Source of the DNA: Bispira polyomma
Taxonomy: Eukaryota
Assembly (NCBI GenBank): GCA_965649765.1
Contig: OZ287748.1
Coordinates: forward strand, 58,156,001-58,220,000
DNA: 64,000 nucleotides
Direction: 5' to 3'
Shown piece after piece: positions 59,901 to 64,000 of this stretch. Position 1 is the stretch's first letter, and each line of letters starts with the position of its first letter. A program made the position numbers and the translations under genes. Below the pieces are notes generated by a model. It searched no databases. It was not told the DNA's origin and saw only the letters and a program-made list of their open reading frames with translations.

Positions 59901-62900
59901 CCGGCTACATTGCTTTACAATATGGTTTACACTTGATAAAAATTATTTATCTAAAATGATAAACCAAACTTACAAAACCATTCTTCTTCACCAGAGGAAC
60001 AATCTCTAACTCCATCACAAACCCAGTCATTTGGAATGGTTACTCCATTGGAACAGAGGTATTTATCTGAGTCATTATAGCCTTAAATACAGAACACACA
60101 TACTTAGATCACAGTGCATGTTATTTTTAAATCTACACATTTACTAAAAAAAAAACTTTTTTGAACCAAATAGCATTGAAGGCATGTCACTCACATTTCA
60201 ATAAAACATGTAGGCTTCATAACTGACTGGTTGGAAGAGTTGAAACCTTACTCTTTCATCTCAGTAACATAGTTTTATTTTTGATACTTGAGTTTACATG
60301 TTTAACAATGGATTTCAAGGTATATCCTGTGTGGTATATATCCTAATCAAGGTCCAGGCGGGTAGTCCAACAACACAGCCTTGGTACACAGCATCATCAG
60401 TAGGTGTGTCCACATCCTGCCCAACGATGTTATTCCCCCAATGACCGTTGTGGCTTGTTTTCTGAGAACCAAAATTGGAATCTTCTAATCACCAGACAAT
60501 GGAAGACCAAAGCATTTGAAAACTCAAAAGATAGAACTTGAAAGGTATATGGTCCTGTAAAAAGTTGTGATATTGTTTCTGTACAAAAAACTACCAAGCA
60601 CCTGGCATACCTAAAGGGACGTTAATTAAATAAATATGTTACCTTGATAATACAGCACCCCTCCCCTCTAATGTTAAACCAATTCAGTTGAAGAAAATTG
60701 TGTATAAGTATGCCTTTTATTCATCTGTTGATATCTCTCCAGTTCTTGTTACATTTTAAAAGAGATTCAAGATGGACTTGTGATGTTATTCTGGTAGCAT
60801 TAAGGTAAAATCTGCCCAATGTTGGGGGTTTCAGAGGAACTTACCACACACATATCCACTTTCATCACTGTAATCTGGGCAGTCCATAACACCATCACAG
60901 ACATAAGAATCAGGATAGCAGGTCTTGTCATAGTCACACAGGAAGCCACCAGTACAGTCTGAGGAGGTGAACAAGTTTTAAGTATAAACTCAACAACTTA
61001 GGATGGTACTGTGTTCAAAAATAAGGGACATTCAGCACATGTATTTACCTTTATTTAGTATTTAGCAGTTTGTTAATTTTCTTAAATTCCCAAATACAGT
61101 CACTTGCCAAGATGAGTAACTCTTATTCCTATACAAGAGAGAGGCTTGAGGACGACCATTTATCAACATTCACAAGGCTTTTTAGCCTGGTACTAGGAAA
61201 AGTACACAATGACAGAGGACTGCTATTTTATATGGTCATCAGAATCACATATTTGCTTGTACCTGATCGACTGAGGTATTTCAAAGCATCGAACCCAGGT
61301 CCTTTGTGAGGGTGTTTTACCGCTAGGCAACTAATTAAACAATTTTAAAGCAGATTTTTAGCAACAAAAACAGTAAAACAGTCAGCTGATAAACCAAGTT
61401 ACATCTGAAAGAGTTAGATGACACTATACTGCTTTAGAATTGTTCATGCTTTGAACTATTGGATAAAAACATTGCAACAGTGTCATTGAAGCCATGCACA
61501 GTCTCATCATCTATTACATATGTATAAATATCAATATGCACGAATGTACTACTTTACTGTTATTCTACAAATTGACTAATTATACAACAGAGATTGTGGA
61601 ATTTTGTCCCAAAATCATCCAAATGGTCTTTACAGACAGGTGGTAATAATAAAGCTGAATAAAACATTTCCGGGATCGACTTTTAAAAGGAATTCATTAT
61701 TATAGCCAAAGTGACCTTATTATGAAATGAATATCTCATGTAAATTAAGATATATAATGCATATACATAAATATACTGTAATTGCTGTAATAAAAGCCAC
61801 AAGGCATTGTTTTCGCCAAAAGAGGGACACTAGTAAAGAAAACAATGTGAGGGTGTAACAAAATCTGTTGTTGTGCTTCAGAAGATGCGTCGCATCAAAA
61901 AGGTGCAATTTAAATCCACAATACAGTGTTAGTGTAGTACCTGTTGAAAAATTGGCATTTAGTAATCTAAAATTCTCTTAAAGAGGGAGATTGTTATGAG
62001 AGAAGAGCTAATAGTATATTAAATAACTATGACATTTTATATTATATAGACTTACTGCATGAGATTTCATCCTCATAATATGTACAGTCATTGTAGTTAT
62101 CACACAGGTATTCCATGGGGATCACATAGCCATCAAAGCAAGTGAAAGAATCTGCTCATATTAAAAACAGTTATTAAAACAAAATTACACAGGCGTTGTA
62201 ACAATATTACTATTATGGAAACCCTAAAACAGTGGCAATGATTTACAAAGTAATTAAAATCTGGTGTTCCAAGCCAAAAAGCCTTGCCTTACTTGCTCTC
62301 ATAAATGCTCCTGAGGGCTTTTCATCTTGGCTTAATCCACATTCACAGTGTTATGTCAGCTCTATTGTGGTCAAATGGCAACCTACTATCTTCAAAATTG
62401 CAAAAAGTTACAAAGAAAACAATCTGTCTTCTTGAAATGGGCCTTGACCCCCAAAAATAGACATTTTACCTTTCAAAACCCCAATAGGAAAATAATAATA
62501 TAGGCCCCGTCCTGAGGCAAGGCTTTTTATTCCCCTTGTAATTTTATGCAAATTATTCTTTCCTGTTTTAAAGCCTGCCTTCTATATCAGGAAATTCATC
62601 TATGTGTATGTCTATATATGTATCTGTATGATCTTTCTTATATGTAACAACACTGCAATAGTAAAGTTGGATATAATTAAATCTAATATAAATGTGAAGA
62701 TGCCATAGCAGGAATTTTAGACATAAAAATATGTGATTAGATATTCAACTGTAGTCTATAGGACCGAATAATCTTGTTAATTTTGCTATCTGTTATACTT
62801 GTGTAAAAATCCCATATATCACCCATGGTGGTGCCGAGTTATACTTGATTTGGTGCAGAGTTGGTAAAATTATGGTGACAAGTTGGTATTAGTGCTAATC

Positions 62901-63455
62901 AGCTGATTGATACCTAGATGGTATTGTTGATGACTTCTAAATAACATTTTTTGAACTTAATTAAACATATGTATCAACTAGAAGGACAAAAAGCCACGAA
63001 AACAAGGTATTTAATTGAAAAAATGGATTTCAATTTGAAACTTTTTAAAACACGGCCGTTCTCGGTGAACACCTTTTCAATCTAAATTGAAAATATGTAT
63101 TAACTAGAAGGGCATTCAATATGGTGTATGCAGCCAACAAGGTGCCACAGTGCCACAAAAGTGAACAAATCTTGGATCTGCCCCTCTAACTAGATCCAAT
63201 TTAACATGTAATGGAATCTTCCATGCCCCAACACTCCACCGAATTTCAGTTAAATAAGTCTTTGGAGTAATCCTACGGATAAACAAATTAATCTCAAAAA
63301 TATAAAAAGACACCGGGCGGAAGTATTAAGTATATTAATTCCGTACATACCACAGTCCAACTCGTCTTCTCCAACAGAACAGTCAGTGTAATTGTCACAC
63401 ACCCAGTAGTCAGGGATAACGTCACCATCGTAGCATGTAAACCTGTCACTTCCAC
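50666..63455 (-). CDS. Gene B (5'-incomplete): at least 5 LDLa + SRCR + catalytically inactive serine protease homolog (H57Q, S195M) + hydrophobic tail
   Basis: Exons (minus strand): 63351-63455, 62056-62151, 60845-60958, 59974-60081 (or -60066), 58516-58629, 57142-57268, 56471-56584, 55615-55664, 54260-54374, 53763-53934, 52672-52828, 51934-52094, 50666-50944. Phases are compatible, there are no stops, and the protease cysteines are conserved. Confidence 0.88.
51934..52094 (-). CDS. Gene B exon ([14 protein letters not shown]...[15 protein letters not shown])
   Basis: 161 nt, phase 1-0. Confidence 0.9.
52291..52535 (-). mobile_element. Helentron-associated short element; relatives at about 36121-36500 and 63102-63328
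   Basis: ACTAGAA...CTCTGCCAAGG...CCTTGG.ATAGGT sub-terminal inverted motif and shared body. Confidence 0.55.
52672..52828 (-). CDS. Gene B Asp102 exon (NDLAILRL...QLCLP...CYVTGWG)
   Basis: 157 nt, phase 0-1. Confidence 0.92.
53276..53516 (-). mobile_element. tRNA-SINE with a LINE-derived 3' tail matching the L2 end at 39015-39060
   Basis: GTGGCCTAGTG / GTTCGATTCC head; tail TTAGAAGATGCCCTTGCATCAATAAAGTGCA. Confidence 0.72.
53763..53934 (-). CDS. Gene B exon with His57->Gln ([17 protein letters not shown])
   Basis: 172 nt, identical size and phase to the gene A His exon. Confidence 0.92.
54260..54374 (-). CDS. Gene B activation exon ([16 protein letters not shown]|[21 protein letters not shown])
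   Basis: K|IVGA, WPW motif, phase 1-2. Confidence 0.9.
55615..55664 (-). CDS. Gene B SRCR exon 3 ([16 protein letters not shown])
   Basis: 50 nt, C.S...V.L.C motif. Confidence 0.83.
56471..56584 (-). CDS. Gene B SRCR exon 2 ([37 protein letters not shown])
   Basis: 114 nt, phase 2-2, open frame. Confidence 0.72.
57142..57268 (-). CDS. Gene B SRCR exon 1 ([42 protein letters not shown])
   Basis: 127 nt, phase 1-2, SRCR PVC..W motif. Confidence 0.87.
58516..58629 (-). CDS. Gene B LDLa exon ([37 protein letters not shown])
   Basis: 114 nt, phase 1-1. Confidence 0.9.
59108..59378 (-). mobile_element. tRNA-SINE family 3 copy
   Basis: AGTGGCAGATTAAAGATCCTT...GCCCATAGTGGC shared with the 4928 copy; AAGCGC...GCGCTATAACAAAT tail. 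Confidence 0.8.
59974..60081 (-). CDS. Gene B LDLa exon, 4-Cys ([31 protein letters not shown]+C)
   Basis: Last Cys split T|GT; two in-frame acceptors possible (exon starting at 60081 or 60066). Confidence 0.82.
60845..60958 (-). CDS. Gene B LDLa exon ([37 protein letters not shown])
   Basis: 114 nt, phase 1-1. Confidence 0.9.
62056..62151 (-). CDS. Gene B LDLa exon, 4-Cys ([31 protein letters not shown])
   Basis: 96 nt, phase 1-1; GAGCAG tandem acceptor. Confidence 0.87.
63351..63455 (-). CDS. Gene B LDLa exon, 4-Cys ([34 protein letters not shown])
   Basis: 105 nt, phase 1-1, AG/GT. Confidence 0.87.
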
Positions 63456-63662
63456 CTAATCAAGTACACAGTATACACTATATGGTCTCTTCTCAGTATC
63501 ATAGCATGTAAACCTGTCACCTCCACCTAATCAAGTACACATTATACATTGTATGGTCTCTCCCCAGTATCATAGCATGTAAACCCGTCATCTCTACCTA
63601 AATAAGTACACATTCAGTACACATTATACACTATATGGTCTCTACCCAGTATCATAGCATGT
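63430..63662 (-). repeat. About 3 x 71-bp tandem repeat containing the acceptor and first codons of an LDLa exon
   Basis: AG acceptors at 63456-57, 63527-28 and 63598-99. Confidence 0.9.
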
Positions 63663-64000
63663 AGACTCAATAATCTGTCCCTATTTAGCGAGATTCCTTG
63701 CTGATATTTTGACCACGGACTCACAAAAAAGGGACAGAACGGCTTCCATAAGCTAAATGTTGTAAATCAAAATCAGCATTTATAGAAATAGAATCTGGTA
63801 AGAATAAATGCAACCCGTTATTCCTTATATATGATATAGTTGCCAATTTTGTCTTATTTTGTGCCAACAAGGTACAAATCAATTATTGTAACATTAAAAC
63901 TAAACCACAAACATTGGCACTAAACTGTCGGCCATGTTACGTCAGCCTAAATTTACAACGTTTAGCTATCTTTTTCGTGATACAGGTAAAGCCATGCGCA

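Noticed and set aside
17824-63455. Single polyprotease (polyserase/nudel-like) gene joining B and A
   Set aside because: Gene B has a stop after a hydrophobic tail and gene A has its own signal-peptide exon. Read-through splicing cannot be excluded without RNA data, but nothing supports it.
50666-63455. Gene B as a decayed pseudogene
   Set aside because: No stops or frameshifts in 13 exons, canonical splice sites and conserved cysteines; only catalytic residues are changed
17824-63455. Assigning gene symbols such as TMPRSS2, CORIN or TMPRSS15
   Set aside because: Domain order is similar but topology and repeat number differ; orthology cannot be established from sequence alone

Overview
AT-rich animal (invertebrate-like, probably a marine lophotrochozoan or similar; the organism is not determinable with certainty) intron-rich genomic DNA. 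Reading splice sites and phases by hand gives two tandem minus-strand paralogous genes for mosaic chymotrypsin-fold (S1A) proteins with the order LDL-receptor class A repeats - SRCR - protease domain - hydrophobic C-terminal tail. Gene A (44098 to 17824, 16 coding exons, about 702 aa) looks complete. It has a signal peptide, 7 LDLa modules, SRCR, an intact His/Asp/Ser triad, furin-type RERR and RTRR motifs and a GPI-like tail. Gene B (5' end beyond the window, 13 exons seen, stop at 50666) keeps every phase and cysteine but has His57->Gln (TAAQC) and Ser195->Met (GDMGGP), so it is a pseudo-protease beside an active paralog. Both genes carry tandem repeats that amplify a real splice site (5 x 75 bp donor array; about 3 x 71 bp acceptor array). 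A young, stop-free, 5'-truncated L2-like LINE RT ORF lies in frame with gene A's activation-peptide exon. The rest is repeats: inverted minisatellite arrays around LINE fragments (8.1-14.7 kb), three tRNA-SINE families, MITEs, Helentron-associated elements and 5S fragments. There may also be a spliced non-coding transcript on the plus strand at 0.4-8 kb (low confidence).
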